Assembly (NCBI GenBank): GCA_016186495.1
Contig: JACPLO010000001.1
Location: 11,907 to 75,906 of the forward strand
Direction: 5' to 3'
Origin: Candidatus Niyogibacteria bacterium
Lineage (GTDB): Bacteria; Patescibacteriota; Minisyncoccia; JACROR01
Length of the DNA: 64,000 nucleotides
The notes under the pieces: model-generated
Told to the model about the DNA's origin: nothing
Database searches by the model: none
What the model saw: the letters and a program-made list of their open reading frames with translations, nothing else
In this document: positions 8,150 through 18,799 of the stretch, in pieces
How positions within the stretch are numbered: position 1 is the stretch's first letter
Layout of the letters: each line of letters opens with the position of its first letter
Position numbers and translations under genes: made by a program

Positions 8150-10327
8150 ATGTCCAGAAAAAAATCACTTAAAGATCAAAATCAAAAATGGCATCACGTT
8201 TTAGAGCCGGAAACCAAACGTTCCATTTGGGCGATTATTTTTTTTGCCGTTGCCCTTGTTTTTACTTTGGCGGCCTTTGGAAAAGCGGGATTGGTCGGCG
8301 GGACGCTTTATGCCCTTTTTAACACTTTTTTTGGCGAGGCCTTTTTTTTGATTCCGGTTGTTTTTATTCTGATGGCTTTTTCTTTTCTTTTTGCTTTAAA
8401 AGATAAAATTCTGGCGGCCACGATTATCGGCGCTGTTTTATTCCTTTTAAGCTCTTTAGGCCTGACGGAAGCGATTTTTGGCGAAAAAACCGGCGGCTAT
8501 GTCGGATTTTTAACCGCTTATCCTTTACAGAAACTTTTTGATTTTTGGGCGGCGCTGATAATTTTTTCCTCTTTGATTATCGTTTCTCTTTTAATGATGT
8601 TGAATGTTCCTTTACGCTTATCGTGGATTTGGCGGCGCGCTAAAGAAGAAAAAGAAGAAGAACTGAAAATCAATCAGATTTATCTTGAAGGATCAACGCC
8701 GATTAAAAAAGAAACAAGCGAGATTTCCAAGCCGGAGATAATGACAGCCGAGAAAGAAAAAATAAAAGAAGATTCTAAAACAGGCTGGCTGCCCAAATTC
8801 AGCTGGCGTTTGGCTAAGAAATCCGACCTTGCTTCACTTTCGCAGATTCCGCTTGAACTTTTAGAAGGAGACCGCGGTAAGCCGGCGGGCGGGGATATTA
8901 AAGCCAATTCCAATATCATTAAGCGGACTCTTCAGAATTTTGGCATTGATGTGGAGATGGGCGAAGTAAGCATCGGCCCTTCCATTACTCAATATAGCCT
9001 TCGGCCGGCGGAAGGAATGAAGCTTTCCAAAATTCTGGCTTTGCAGAATGATTTAGCTTTGGCTTTGGCGGCCCATCCGATAAGAATTGAAGCTCCGATT
9101 CCGGGAAAATCTTTGGTCGGGATTGAAATTCCAAACCGAGCAATCGCGACCGTCGGCCTTAAAAATCTTTTATCAACGGAAGAATGGCGGAATTCTTTAA
9201 CTTCGCTTTTTCTGGCGCTGGGCCGAAATGTTTCCGGCCATCCCATTTACGCTGATTTGGCTAAAATGCCCCATCTTTTAATCGCCGGTTCAACCGGAGC
9301 GGGAAAATCAGTGTTTCTTCATTCTTTAATTATTAATCTTCTTTACCAGAATAATCCGGACCAATTGAAGTTTTTGCTGATTGATCCTAAAAGAGTGGAA
9401 TTGCCGGCTTACGAAGACATTCCCCATCTTTTATCGCCGGTTATTATTGACGCCAAAAAGGCGATTTTGGCTTTGCGCTGGGCGGCCAAAGAAATGGAAC
9501 GGCGCTACGATATTTTATCTTCGCATAAAATGCGCGACATCGCTTCTTATCATGAAAAAATAAGCGGCGATGAAAAAGCGGATTTTTTGCCTTTTATCGT
9601 GATTGTCATTGATGAATTGGCGGATATTATGGCGGCTTATCCGCGGGAGTTGGAATCGGCCATTGTCCGGCTGGCGCAGATGTCCAGAGCAGTCGGGATT
9701 CATTTGATTATTTCCACTCAACGGCCGGAAGTTTCCGTGATTACCGGATTGATTAAAGCTAATATTCCCACGCGGATTGCCCTTCGCGCCGCTTCGCAAA
9801 CAGACTCGCGCACTATTCTGGATGCCGCGGGAGCGGAAAAACTTTTAGGAAACGGCGATATGCTTTATCTTTCCGGCGACGCCTCAAAGCCGGTTCGCGT
9901 TCAGGGTGTTTTCGTGACCGCGAAAGAAGTAAAAAGAGTGGTGGAATACCTCAAAAAAGAATACGAGGATTTCGGTGAAGAAAAAGAAGTGAATTTTGAA
10001 AATAATAAGGTTAAGGATGTTTCGGCTGTTTTTGATGAATTGAAACCGATTTCTATTTTTGATGAGATGGAAGATGAGAAAGAAGAAGACGAGCTTTATG
10101 AACAGGCGCGGGAAATAGTGGTTCAGGCAAAACGAGCTTCCACTTCTTATCTTCAGCGCCGCCTGCGGCTCGGTTACGCGCGCGCCGCCCGTTTAATGGA
10201 TGTTTTGGAAGAAAAAGGAGTGGTTGGTCCGGCTGACGGCGCCAAACCAAGGGAAGTGCTGATAAAAAATACTTCATCCGATGCCGAAAGCGACAATCAA
10301 AAGCTGTTAAATGAATTCAAAAATTAG
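8150..10327 (+). CDS. ftsK: DNA translocase FtsK/SpoIIIE
   Basis: 725 aa; N-terminal TM segments, Walker A GSTGAGKS, FtsK motor motifs (IDELADIM, LIISTQRPEVSVITGLIKANIPTRIAL), C-terminal gamma winged-helix. Confidence 0.9.
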   Translation: MSRKKSLKDQNQKWHHVLEPETKRSIWAIIFFAVALVFTLAAFGKAGLVGGTLYALFNTFFGEAFFLIPVVFILMAFSFLFALKDKILAATIIGAVLFLLSSLGLTEAIFGEKTGGYVGFLTAYPLQKLFDFWAALIIFSSLIIVSLLMMLNVPLRLSWIWRRAKEEKEEELKINQIYLEGSTPIKKETSEISKPEIMTAEKEKIKEDSKTGWLPKFSWRLAKKSDLASLSQIPLELLEGDRGKPAGGDIKANSNIIKRTLQNFGIDVEMGEVSIGPSITQYSLRPAEGMKLSKILALQNDLALALAAHPIRIEAPIPGKSLVGIEIPNRAIATVGLKNLLSTEEWRNSLTSLFLALGRNVSGHPIYADLAKMPHLLIAGSTGAGKSVFLHSLIINLLYQNNPDQLKFLLIDPKRVELPAYEDIPHLLSPVIIDAKKAILALRWAAKEMERRYDILSSHKMRDIASYHEKISGDEKADFLPFIVIVIDELADIMAAYPRELESAIVRLAQMSRAVGIHLIISTQRPEVSVITGLIKANIPTRIALRAASQTDSRTILDAAGAEKLLGNGDMLYLSGDASKPVRVQGVFVTAKEVKRVVEYLKKEYEDFGEEKEVNFENNKVKDVSAVFDELKPISIFDEMEDEKEEDELYEQAREIVVQAKRASTSYLQRRLRLGYARAARLMDVLEEKGVVGPADGAKPREVLIKNTSSDAESDNQKLLNEFKN

Positions 10328-10646
10328 AAACACAGTTATTTTTTCCCTTTGGCTGATTTTCGCCGCCTATTTTTTTTATGAGGCTCGGGATTTATTTTTC
10401 GGTTTTTCGGCGGAAATTTTTTATCCAAAAGAAGGAATGTTTCTTGAGAATTCTGAATTAACGGTGGCGGGAAAGGTTAAGAACGCTTCTTATATTTTTT
10501 TGAACGGCCGCCGCATTTTTACCGATGAAAAAGGTTTTTTTAAAGAAAATTTTATAATGGCGACGGGCGTTAACGCCATCTCGTTGAAAGCGGAGAATAA
10601 GTACGGCCGAATTATTGGCGATCGGCGATTGATTGTGGTAAAATAA
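10311..10646 (+). CDS. hypothetical small membrane protein
   Basis: 111 aa, single N-terminal TM; overlaps ftsK stop; no known motif. Confidence 0.4.
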   Translation: MNSKIRNTVIFSLWLIFAAYFFYEARDLFFGFSAEIFYPKEGMFLENSELTVAGKVKNASYIFLNGRRIFTDEKGFFKENFIMATGVNAISLKAENKYGRIIGDRRLIVVK

Positions 10647-10677
10647 AAAGCGTATTGTTAATAATATATAAAGCGCA

Positions 10678-11688
10678 ATGTTTAAAAAAACAGTTAAAAA
10701 AGAAGTTAAAATTAAAAATGCTGGCGTGGAAGCCGCTTTGAAAGAAATTCAGGCAAAATACGGCGAAGGCGCGATTATGAAACTTGGCGAGGCCCCCCGG
10801 GTTGACGTGGATAGTATCCCGACCGGCTCTTTAGGTTTGGATTTGGCGTTGGGAATAGGCGGGATGCCGAGGGGGAGAATCGTGGAAATTTTCGGGCCGG
10901 AATCTTCCGGAAAAACCACTTTGGCTTTGAATGTGGTGGCGCAAGCTCAAAAAAAAGGCGGGCTTTGCGCTTTTGTTGACGCGGAACATGCTTTGGATCC
11001 GGAATACGCCAAAAAATTAGGCGTTAAAATAAATGACCTTTTAGTTTCCCAGCCGGATACCGGTGAACAGGCTTTGGATATTGTGGAAGGACTGGTGCGT
11101 TCGGGAAGCATTGATGTAATTGTTGTTGATTCCGTGGCCGCTTTGACGCCGCGGGCGGAAATTGAAGGAGAAATGGGCGCCCATCATGTCGGCACTCAAG
11201 CGCGGCTGATGTCCCAGGCCTTGCGCAAGCTTACGGCGATTTCCGCTAAAACCAAAACTATCGTTATTTTTATAAACCAAGTCAGGATGCAGATTGGCAT
11301 AATGTTCGGCAATCCTGAAACTACGCCGGGCGGCAAAGCGCTTAAATTTTATTCTTCGGTCAGAATTGACGTCCGGCGGCGGGCGCAGATTAAAAAAGGA
11401 GATGAAGTAATCGGCAACCGGGTGAATGCCAAGGTGGTTAAAAATAAAGTCGCCCCTCCTTTTAAAGCGGCGGAATTTGACATTATGTATAACGAAGGAA
11501 TTTCTTACGAAGGAGATATTATTAATCTTGGCGAGAAATACGGATTGATTAAAAAATCCGGCGCTTCATATTCTTATGGCGGAGAAAAAATCGGCCATGG
11601 TTATGAAAACGCGAAAAAATATCTGCGGGAAAATTCGAAAATTACTTCAGAAATCGTTAAAAAAATAAAAGAAGCGGCAAAATCTTAA
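10678..11688 (+). CDS. recA: recombinase RecA
   Basis: 336 aa; [36 protein letters not shown]2 loop region, classic RecA. Confidence 0.95.
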   Translation: MFKKTVKKEVKIKNAGVEAALKEIQAKYGEGAIMKLGEAPRVDVDSIPTGSLGLDLALGIGGMPRGRIVEIFGPESSGKTTLALNVVAQAQKKGGLCAFVDAEHALDPEYAKKLGVKINDLLVSQPDTGEQALDIVEGLVRSGSIDVIVVDSVAALTPRAEIEGEMGAHHVGTQARLMSQALRKLTAISAKTKTIVIFINQVRMQIGIMFGNPETTPGGKALKFYSSVRIDVRRRAQIKKGDEVIGNRVNAKVVKNKVAPPFKAAEFDIMYNEGISYEGDIINLGEKYGLIKKSGASYSYGGEKIGHGYENAKKYLRENSKITSEIVKKIKEAAKS

Positions 11689-11692
11689 TTGG

Positions 11693-11896
11693 TCATCTGC
11701 TCGTATAAGGAATGACCGCTATTTCGCGGGCGTGTTTGATGGCCCGCGCCAATTTTCTCTGATGAATGGCGCAAACGCCGGTTTTACGGCGAGGCATAAT
11801 TTTTGATTGCGGATTAATGAATTTTTTTAGAGTTTCCGCGTCTTTATAATCAGCGATGATTGAGTTATTGACGCAAAAGTGGCATTGTTTTTTCAT
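11693..11896 (-). CDS. rpsR: 30S ribosomal protein S18
   Basis: 67 aa; CHFC...ADYKD...RRKTGVCAIHQRKLARAIKHAREIAVIPY; last gene of rpsF-ssb-rpsR operon. Confidence 0.9.
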   Translation of the reverse strand: MKKQCHFCVNNSIIADYKDAETLKKFINPQSKIMPRRKTGVCAIHQRKLARAIKHAREIAVIPYTSR

Positions 11897-11914
11897 TTTT
11901 TCGCGGCTTAATTT

Positions 11915-12364
11915 TTAAAAAGGAATATCTTCCGGATTAATATTTTCTTCGGGATATTCTATGGTGTCAAGTTTTTCTTCCGGCGGCGCTTGTCTTGTAA
12001 TTTCTGCCGGATCAACGGCGCTGGCCGCGAATTTTACGCTTTTCGGCCCCATTTGCATGGCATCGGCGATGATTTCCGTGGTATATCGCTTGACGCCGTC
12101 TTTTCCGTCCCAGGAACGGTTATTAATCCTTCCTTCAATCATGGTCAGCGAACCTTTTTTCAGATATTGATTGGCGATTTCCGCCAGTTTGCCGAACATC
12201 ACAATGTTATGAAATTGGGTGTCTTGCTGGCGCTCGTTGTTTTGGTTTTTCCATATCCGATTGGTCGCCAGTCCGAAATTAACCACTGATTTTCCGGAAG
12301 AAAGAGCCCGCATTTCCGGATCTCTTGTCAGATTGCCGATTAAAAATACTTTGTTTAGATTCAT
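11915..12364 (-). CDS. ssb: single-stranded DNA-binding protein
   Basis: 149 aa; OB-fold N-terminus (NKVFLIGNLTRDPE), acidic C-terminal tail ending DIPF. Confidence 0.9.
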   Translation of the reverse strand: MNLNKVFLIGNLTRDPEMRALSSGKSVVNFGLATNRIWKNQNNERQQDTQFHNIVMFGKLAEIANQYLKKGSLTMIEGRINNRSWDGKDGVKRYTTEIIADAMQMGPKSVKFAASAVDPAEITRQAPPEEKLDTIEYPEENINPEDIPF

Positions 12365-12374
12365 AAAATATCGG

Positions 12375-12875
12375 TTAGCCTAAAATTTCTTCTAATTTTT
12401 TATCCAATTCTTCTTCTTTGACTTCTTCTTTCTTTTCCGTTCTTTTTTCTGTTGGCGCCGGTTTTCTGATTATCCGTTTTTTAGAAATTTTACTTGATTC
12501 TTTCGGTATTTTAGACAACGAAAATCGTGTTATTTCTTCTATTTTTTTGAAACGTTCTTTTAATCCCGCTGTTTCTTCCGGCTTGATCATAAATTTAAAC
12601 CAACCCCGGCCTCCTTCCGTTATTTTGTTTATTTTATAAGCCAGCCGGCTGATTTGGGGCGGTTTTTCTCCGATAATGATTCCTTTTTGTTCCAGAATTA
12701 GATTTCTGACGGTTTCCAGTGTTTTTATAACTGCGTTTTCTTCCAGGCCAGCTTTGATAATATAAAAAAATTCGTAAAATCTCGGCTCTAAAGGAAGCTT
12801 AAATTCATCCTCAGCGATTGGCTGAATTTCTTCTTCAGTATTAATTTCCGCGATTGCGTTTTCCATTATTCCCAT
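12375..12875 (-). CDS. rpsF: 30S ribosomal protein S6 with N- and C-terminal extensions
   Basis: S6 core (RFYEFFYIIKAG...ISRLAYKINK...GWFKFM) flanked by ~35-aa N-extension and K/E-rich tail; operon position upstream of ssb. Confidence 0.75.
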   Translation of the reverse strand: MGIMENAIAEINTEEEIQPIAEDEFKLPLEPRFYEFFYIIKAGLEENAVIKTLETVRNLILEQKGIIIGEKPPQISRLAYKINKITEGGRGWFKFMIKPEETAGLKERFKKIEEITRFSLSKIPKESSKISKKRIIRKPAPTEKRTEKKEEVKEEELDKKLEEILG

Positions 12876-12902
12876 CTTATCTTAAATATAAAAATATCGC
12901 AA

Positions 12903-13934
12903 CTAAATTTTAAATTCCATTACATCGCCGTCCTGAACTAAATAGTCTTTACCTTCAAGGCGGAGAAGCCCTTGATTGCGGGCTTGGTTCCAACCGCCGG
13001 CTTTGATCAAGTCTTTCCAGAAAATAACATTGGCTTTGATGAATTTTTCTTCAAAATCGCTGTGAATGGCGCCGCCGGCTTTTTTCGCGGTCGCGTCCCG
13101 TTTTACGGTCCAGGCGCGCGTTTCTTTTTCTCCGGTCGTAAAAAATGAAATTAAACCCAGTATTTCATAAGCTTTTTTAATTATCAAATCTAAACTTGTT
13201 TCTGTCCGAAACTCCCGTTGCTCTTCATCGGAAAGAGCGTTCAGTTCCGATTCTTCTTTAATGTTAAGAGCCAGAGAATTTTCAAAATGTTCAGTTGCGG
13301 CGGACGGATCGCCGTTGAAAACATACATCAAAGGTTTGGCGGTCAGCAGATTTATGCTTTGGCCAATTTCTTTTTCTTCCGGCGGCCGCTGATTGGCCAA
13401 CTGGCCTCGGCTTAAACCGTTTTTTAACGATTCAAAAAGTTTAAGCCGATTATTGATTTTTTTTGCCGCTTCTTTATCAACCCCTCTTAATTCTTTTTCA
13501 ATTTTAGGCAAGTGATTATTGATTGTTTCCAGATCTTTTAAGATTAATTCAGTGGCAATGATTTCCATATCTCTTTTAGGGCTGACAGTTCCTTCTACAT
13601 GAGCGACGTCTGATTTTTCAAAAACGCGCACCACTTCCAGGATAGCGTCCGCTTCGCGGATATGGCGCAAAAATTGGTTGCCTAATCCCTCGCCTTGATT
13701 AGCGCCTTTAACCAGGCCGGCAATATCCACAAATTCCACAATCGCGGAGACTATTTTTTCTGAACGGGAAATTTCCGCCAGTTTAATTAATCTTTCGTCG
13801 GGCACCGGCACGACGCCGACGTTCGGCTCAATCGTGGCAAAAGGGTAATTGGAAGTATCCACCTCTCGCTTAGTCAAGGCTTGAAACAAAGTTGATTTTC
13901 CCACATTGGGCAATCCGACAATGCCTATTTTCAT
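12903..13934 (-). CDS. ychF: ribosome-binding ATPase YchF (Obg-family GTPase)
   Basis: 343 aa; G1 GLPNVGKST, coiled insert, C-terminal TGS domain. Confidence 0.9.
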   Translation of the reverse strand: MKIGIVGLPNVGKSTLFQALTKREVDTSNYPFATIEPNVGVVPVPDERLIKLAEISRSEKIVSAIVEFVDIAGLVKGANQGEGLGNQFLRHIREADAILEVVRVFEKSDVAHVEGTVSPKRDMEIIATELILKDLETINNHLPKIEKELRGVDKEAAKKINNRLKLFESLKNGLSRGQLANQRPPEEKEIGQSINLLTAKPLMYVFNGDPSAATEHFENSLALNIKEESELNALSDEEQREFRTETSLDLIIKKAYEILGLISFFTTGEKETRAWTVKRDATAKKAGGAIHSDFEEKFIKANVIFWKDLIKAGGWNQARNQGLLRLEGKDYLVQDGDVMEFKI

Positions 13935-13970
13935 ATCTGTTTTATATTAGAACATGCTAAAATAAAAACA

Positions 13971-15323
13971 ATGCCGATTAACGCCAAAATTTTTAAAGAA
14001 TATGATATTCGCGGAGTTTATCCCAATGAAATAAATAAGGAAGCGGCTTATAAAATCGGCCGCGCTTTTTGCGTTTATCTTGGCAAAAAAAATCCAAAAA
14101 TAATAATGGGCCGCGATGTTCGTCTTTCTTCGCCGGAGTTGAGCGAGGCTTTTATCAAAGGATGTTTAATCCAAGGCGGCGAAGTAAGCGATATTGGAAT
14201 TGTTACCACTCCCGCGCTTTTTTTCTCCGTTAATCTTTTAAAAGCCGATGCGGGCGCGATTATTACCGCTTCTCATAATCCTTCCGAATATAACGGCATT
14301 AAACTGGTTGGGAAAAAAGCGGTTTCCATTTTGCCAAAAGAACTTTTAAATTATTTGAAAGCCGAATTTTTAAATAAATCCCCGCAATTAAAAAAGCAGG
14401 GTTTTTTAAAAAAAGTGGATATTATTTCCAGTTATGTTGATTTCCTTTCTTCTTTTGCCAAAAAAGAAATTAACGGCCAATTTCGGTTAGTGGCGGACGC
14501 TTCCAACGGCGCGGCCGGAGAAATGCTTAAACTTCTTTTAAATAAATTAGAGATTTCTTATTGGCCTTTATTTTTTGAGTTGGACGGCAATTTCCCCAAC
14601 CATTCGCCAAATCCTCTTGAAAAAAAATCTCAACAAAAAGCTAAAGAGCTGATTATCCATCGGGGCGCGGATTTCGGTTTTGTTTTAGACGCGGACGGCG
14701 ACCGGATAGTTTTTCTGGATGAAAAAGGCAAAGAAATACGCGGCGATTTGATCATCGCCTTTTTAGCCGATTATTTGGTGAAAAAAGGCGATCGCGTTTT
14801 AACGGATTCGGCGGCCAGCCGGATTGTTTTTGACGTGGCTAAAGAAAAGGGCGCTGAAGCTGAGCGCGCCAGAACCGGCCATTTGAATATTGAAGACGCG
14901 ATGCGGAAAAAAAGAGCGCCTTTCGGCGGCGAAGTTTCCGGCCATTATTATTTTAAGGATTTCTTTTTTTCCTCCTCCGCTCTTTTTACGCTGATTTGCG
15001 TTTTAAATATCTTAAGCGGATTAAGAAAAACTCTTTCTTGCGCTCTTGAGCCTTATGAAAAATATTTCCATTCCCGCGAATATAATTTTAAAATTAAAGA
15101 CCAAAAAACCGCGGAAAAAATTATCGTTGTTCTGAAAAAGAAGTATCTTGGCGGTAAGCAAAGTTTTATTGACGGCTTGACCGTGGAATATCCGGAATGG
15201 TGGTTTAATATCCGCCCTTCGCATACCGAACCGATAATTCGCTTAAATATAGAAGCTGATGAAAAATTCCTGCTTCAAGAAAAGATTAAAGAACTTACTT
15301 CTTTAATAAACGCATTTCATTAA
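13971..15323 (+). CDS. phosphoglucomutase/phosphomannomutase family protein
   Basis: 450 aa; active-site serine loop TASHNPSEYNG, Mg loop DADGDR, sugar-binding GEVSGH. Confidence 0.85.
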   Translation: MPINAKIFKEYDIRGVYPNEINKEAAYKIGRAFCVYLGKKNPKIIMGRDVRLSSPELSEAFIKGCLIQGGEVSDIGIVTTPALFFSVNLLKADAGAIITASHNPSEYNGIKLVGKKAVSILPKELLNYLKAEFLNKSPQLKKQGFLKKVDIISSYVDFLSSFAKKEINGQFRLVADASNGAAGEMLKLLLNKLEISYWPLFFELDGNFPNHSPNPLEKKSQQKAKELIIHRGADFGFVLDADGDRIVFLDEKGKEIRGDLIIAFLADYLVKKGDRVLTDSAASRIVFDVAKEKGAEAERARTGHLNIEDAMRKKRAPFGGEVSGHYYFKDFFFSSSALFTLICVLNILSGLRKTLSCALEPYEKYFHSREYNFKIKDQKTAEKIIVVLKKKYLGGKQSFIDGLTVEYPEWWFNIRPSHTEPIIRLNIEADEKFLLQEKIKELTSLINAFH

Positions 15324-16324
15324 ATTCCGATTGTTTTTTTAATTTCAGCCAGAGTCCGGTTGGCGATTTTTCGGGCTGTTTTTGAACCGTTTTCCAGAAT
15401 TTTTCGGATTTTATCCGTATTTTCCATCAATTTTTGATAGCGTTTTTGCAAAGGCGTTAAAAATCCGATAATTTCTTCAGCCATTTCTTTTTTGAATTCT
15501 TTATAGCCAAGCCCTTCAAATTTTTTTTCAATTTCTTCTCTGTTTTTATCCGCGGCAAGCTGATAAAGCGCGATTAGATTGGAAAGCGCCGGTTTTTGGG
15601 CGGAATATTTAATTTCCCGGCCGGAATCCGTCACTGCCCGTTTTATTTTATGCCGGATTTTTTCCGGCAAATCTAAAAGCGAGATGTAAGAATTTTCATC
15701 GGCGGATTTGGACATTTTTTTGGTTGGGTCCTGGAGCGACATTATTTTAGCCGTTTTTTCAAAAAGCGCGGCTGGTTTTTTTAATACTTCGCCGCCTATT
15801 CCTCCTTTAGGGGAAAAACGGCGATTAAAGCGGCGGGCCAGTTCGCGCGCCAGTTCCAGATGCGGCGCCTGGTCTTGGCCGATAGGAACCCGTTCCGCTT
15901 TGTATAAAAGAATATCCGCGGCTTGCAGGACCGGATAAGAGAGAAGTCCGAGCGTGTTTGATTTTGGATGTTCCGCTTTCATTTCTTTGTAAGTCGGATT
16001 CAGTTCCAGCAGAGAAAGAGGAGAAATCATTCCTAAAATCACCGCCAATTCGCTGTGTTCCGGAACTTTGGATTGGATAAAAAGCGTTGATTTTTTAGGA
16101 TTAAGTCCGGCCGCCAGCCAGAGCGCGGCCATTTTAACGGTGTTTTTTTTGATTTGAGCGGTGTCTTCAAAAGTGGTAAGGGCGTGCAGATCGGCGATCA
16201 TATAAAAACATCGGTAAAAATCCTGGAGTTTTACCCAATTTTTCAGCACGCTGAAATAATGCCCTAAATGAAGTTCGCCCGTGGGGCGCATAGCTGAAAG
16301 GATAATTTGTTTGTTTTTAATCAT
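15320..16324 (-). CDS. trpS: tryptophanyl-tRNA synthetase
   Basis: 334 aa; HIGH-type GELHLGHY, KMSKS motif KMSKSADE. Confidence 0.9.
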   Translation of the reverse strand: MIKNKQIILSAMRPTGELHLGHYFSVLKNWVKLQDFYRCFYMIADLHALTTFEDTAQIKKNTVKMAALWLAAGLNPKKSTLFIQSKVPEHSELAVILGMISPLSLLELNPTYKEMKAEHPKSNTLGLLSYPVLQAADILLYKAERVPIGQDQAPHLELARELARRFNRRFSPKGGIGGEVLKKPAALFEKTAKIMSLQDPTKKMSKSADENSYISLLDLPEKIRHKIKRAVTDSGREIKYSAQKPALSNLIALYQLAADKNREEIEKKFEGLGYKEFKKEMAEEIIGFLTPLQKRYQKLMENTDKIRKILENGSKTARKIANRTLAEIKKTIGI

Positions 16325-16377
16325 TGTTTAGATTGTAGCAAAACTTGTTTAAAATTAAAAATTCGCTATAATATAAT

Positions 16378-16843
16378 TATGGACAATCTGCCTCAAATTC
16401 GTAAAAAAGGATATTTAAAAGAAGTTTTCAGATTTTATTTTAAACCGAATTGGCAATCGGCGGTTTTGACCACGTTTTATCTTTTTTTCTTTTCATATTT
16501 TGCCGTTTTTTATATCGGTAATGTCTGGTTAGCCATTAAATTCATCTGGTACACAATGATTCATTCCGGCTCTCTTTTAGGCCTTTCTTATCTTTTTTGG
16601 GGAGTATTATTTTTAATCACTTTGATTGTGCCTTTTTCCGTCAGCGTTTACGCCTTGATTTTGCTTTATGAAATTTGGCTGAAAGACTGGGAAAAAAAGG
16701 ATAAAGTTCTAGGCACGATTCTTTTGATAATCTCGGTGCCAGTCTTGATTATTTTGACGGATGAAATTGTCAGAGTGGCCGCTTCCCGGGATGTTTTAAG
16801 GGAATTTTCTCAACTAAATAGTCTTAATATAAAGGGGAAATAA
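16378..16843 (+). CDS. hypothetical polytopic membrane protein
   Basis: ORF 16307-16843; likely start ATG 16378 (MDNLPQIRKKGY); 3-4 predicted TM helices; divergent from trpS. Confidence 0.4.
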
Positions 16844-16851
16844 GGAGAGGG

Positions 16852-18636
16852 TCAAACTTCAATAATCACGGGCAGCACCATCGGCCGTTTTTCGGTTTGG
16901 GTGAACAAAAATTTTCCGAGCCGTTCTTTCAAGACTTCCTTCACATAATCCCAATTTATAGGATGGATATTGGAAGCGGTTTCTTCAATGATTTTCAGAG
17001 TCAATTGGCGCGTGTGATAAAGAAGTTTTCTGGATTCCCGGAGATAAATGAAGCCGCGCGAAATAATATCGGGTGAACCTTTTACTTTTCCGTTCTGGCT
17101 GTCCACCACCGCGATAATGACAAAAATGCCGTCCTGGGCCAGAGCTTGGCGGTCTCTTAGGACCACTTCCTGCATGTCGCCCACGCCCAAACCATCCACC
17201 ATTACGTAGTTGGCGGGCACATATTCTTTGGTTAGTTGAACTTTGTTTTTTGAGGCCTCAACAATTTGTCCGTTGTCCGAAACGATAATTTGATCTTCTT
17301 TTAAGCCGGCTTGGCGGCCGATTTTTGCGTGAATTTTTAAGAAAGAATGATTTCCTTCAATCGGCATCAGGTAGCGGGGCTTGATCATTTGAATCATTTC
17401 TTTTAAGTCTTCCTGCTTGGCGTGGCCGCCCGCGTGAATGTCCAGCATCCGGTAGTTGATTACTTCGGCGCCGTCGCGATAAAGTTTATCGGTCAGATGC
17501 TGGACCGAACGTTCGTTTCCGGGAACGACCGACGATGAAAATACCACCGTGTCGGTCGGCTGGATCCGCAGATATTTGTGCCTTTTATTCACGATTCTCA
17601 TTAAAACGGCATTGTCTTCCCCTTGGGCGCCGGTGGCTAAAATTATAATTTTATGAGGCGGGTAATTGGCCGCGGCGCTTATCGGAATAACGGTTTTTTT
17701 ATCAAATTTCATGTAGCCGAGTTGGGTGGCAATTTCAATATTTGTTTTCATGGAGTAGCCCTCAATGATGATTTTTTTATCGTGTTTTTCCGCGATTTGA
17801 ATAATTTCATTAAGCCGGCCCAAAAGAGAAGCAAACGTTCCGATGATCAATCGGCCGGTGGCGTTTTTAATTATTGATTCTATTTCCAGAGTAATTTCTT
17901 TTTCACTGAATTGATGTCCCGCGGATGAAGCGTTAGTGCTGTCAGCCATCAAAAGAAGAACATTTTTTTCGCCGAGGGCTTTGATTTTTTCAATTTCTGT
18001 TTTACCGGCGATATCTGATTTAAGATCCAGTTTAAAATCGCCGGTGTGAATCAAAATGCCGACTGGCGTATTGATGATTATTCCCACGGAAGCGGGGATG
18101 TTATGCGAAATGCCGAAAAATTCCAGCTGAAAAGGGCCGGCTTTGACTTTTTTTTCGGTATTTATTTCTTTAAGGTTAAGAGGCGTGGCGGGTTTGTAGT
18201 CAGTCTGCCTTTTTTTTATGATCGCCAGAGTAAGATCCGTGCCAAGAATCGGGATATTCCGGCCAAGTTTAGGCATTAAATGGGGGATTCCTCCGATGTG
18301 GTCGAAGTGGGCGTGAGTAATGATAATACCCTTGATTTTTTCCCGTTTAGGAATCAGGGAAGAAACATTAGGGATGATATAGTCAATGCCCGGCATATTT
18401 TCTTCTGGAAATTGAAGACCCATGTCAATGATAATAATGTCTCCGTGCTGGGGCGAGCCGGGATTATGGTATTCCAAATACATCATATTGCGGCCGACCT
18501 CCTCTAATCCTCCCAAAGGCACAATTTTAATATGCTCATTTTTTTGGCCGACTATTTTTTGCGCGTGGCGAAAAACCGTTCGCCGGGGACGGGAAGGAGA
18601 AACAGCTCTTTCTCTGTATTTTTTTGTCATAATCAT
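16852..18636 (-). CDS. rnj: ribonuclease J (metallo-beta-lactamase/beta-CASP)
   Basis: 594 aa; HxHxDH motif IITHAHFDHIGG, beta-CASP and C-terminal domain. Confidence 0.9.
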   Translation of the reverse strand: MIMTKKYRERAVSPSRPRRTVFRHAQKIVGQKNEHIKIVPLGGLEEVGRNMMYLEYHNPGSPQHGDIIIIDMGLQFPEENMPGIDYIIPNVSSLIPKREKIKGIIITHAHFDHIGGIPHLMPKLGRNIPILGTDLTLAIIKKRQTDYKPATPLNLKEINTEKKVKAGPFQLEFFGISHNIPASVGIIINTPVGILIHTGDFKLDLKSDIAGKTEIEKIKALGEKNVLLLMADSTNASSAGHQFSEKEITLEIESIIKNATGRLIIGTFASLLGRLNEIIQIAEKHDKKIIIEGYSMKTNIEIATQLGYMKFDKKTVIPISAAANYPPHKIIILATGAQGEDNAVLMRIVNKRHKYLRIQPTDTVVFSSSVVPGNERSVQHLTDKLYRDGAEVINYRMLDIHAGGHAKQEDLKEMIQMIKPRYLMPIEGNHSFLKIHAKIGRQAGLKEDQIIVSDNGQIVEASKNKVQLTKEYVPANYVMVDGLGVGDMQEVVLRDRQALAQDGIFVIIAVVDSQNGKVKGSPDIISRGFIYLRESRKLLYHTRQLTLKIIEETASNIHPINWDYVKEVLKERLGKFLFTQTEKRPMVLPVIIEV

Positions 18637-18690
18637 AATGCTGGGAGGGAGATTTGAACTCCCACTCTCTCGCGAGAACTAGCTCCCTTG

Positions 18691-18799
18691 TCCCGTTAGA
18701 AGTGTCGGAGATGGGATTTGAACCCATACAGTCTTGCGACTACTAGCTCCTGAAGCTAGCGCGTCTGCCAATTCCGCCACTCCGACACTTCTAACGGGA
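18691..18799. repeat. palindromic element copy (13-bp perfect TIRs TCCCGTTAGAAGT / ACTTCTAACGGGA) whose cargo is the tRNA-Leu(CAG) gene
   Basis: Inverted repeats abut both ends of the tRNA acceptor stem; same CCCGTTAGAA core as repeats at 24261, 27370, 40571 and variant at 20556. Confidence 0.7.
18704..18786 (-). tRNA. tRNA-Leu (anticodon CAG)
   Basis: 83 nt read by eye: GTCGGAG TG GCG GAATTGGCAGA CGC G CTAGC TTCAGGA GCTAG [var arm TAGTCGCAAGACTGT] ATGGG TTCAAAT CCCAT CTCCGAC, discriminator A; no encoded CCA. Confidence 0.85.

Noticed and set aside
9515-9799. Minus-strand ORF inside ftsK (94 aa), and 8680-8919, 8989-9246, 10053-10277
   Set aside because: Antisense shadow ORFs within the FtsK CDS.
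16927-16936. 10-mer CTTTCAAGAC shared between the glmS-upstream hairpin terminus (3631-3640) and RNase J CDS
   Set aside because: Single isolated match inside a conserved coding frame (VLKERLG); no partner inverted repeat; consistent with chance.
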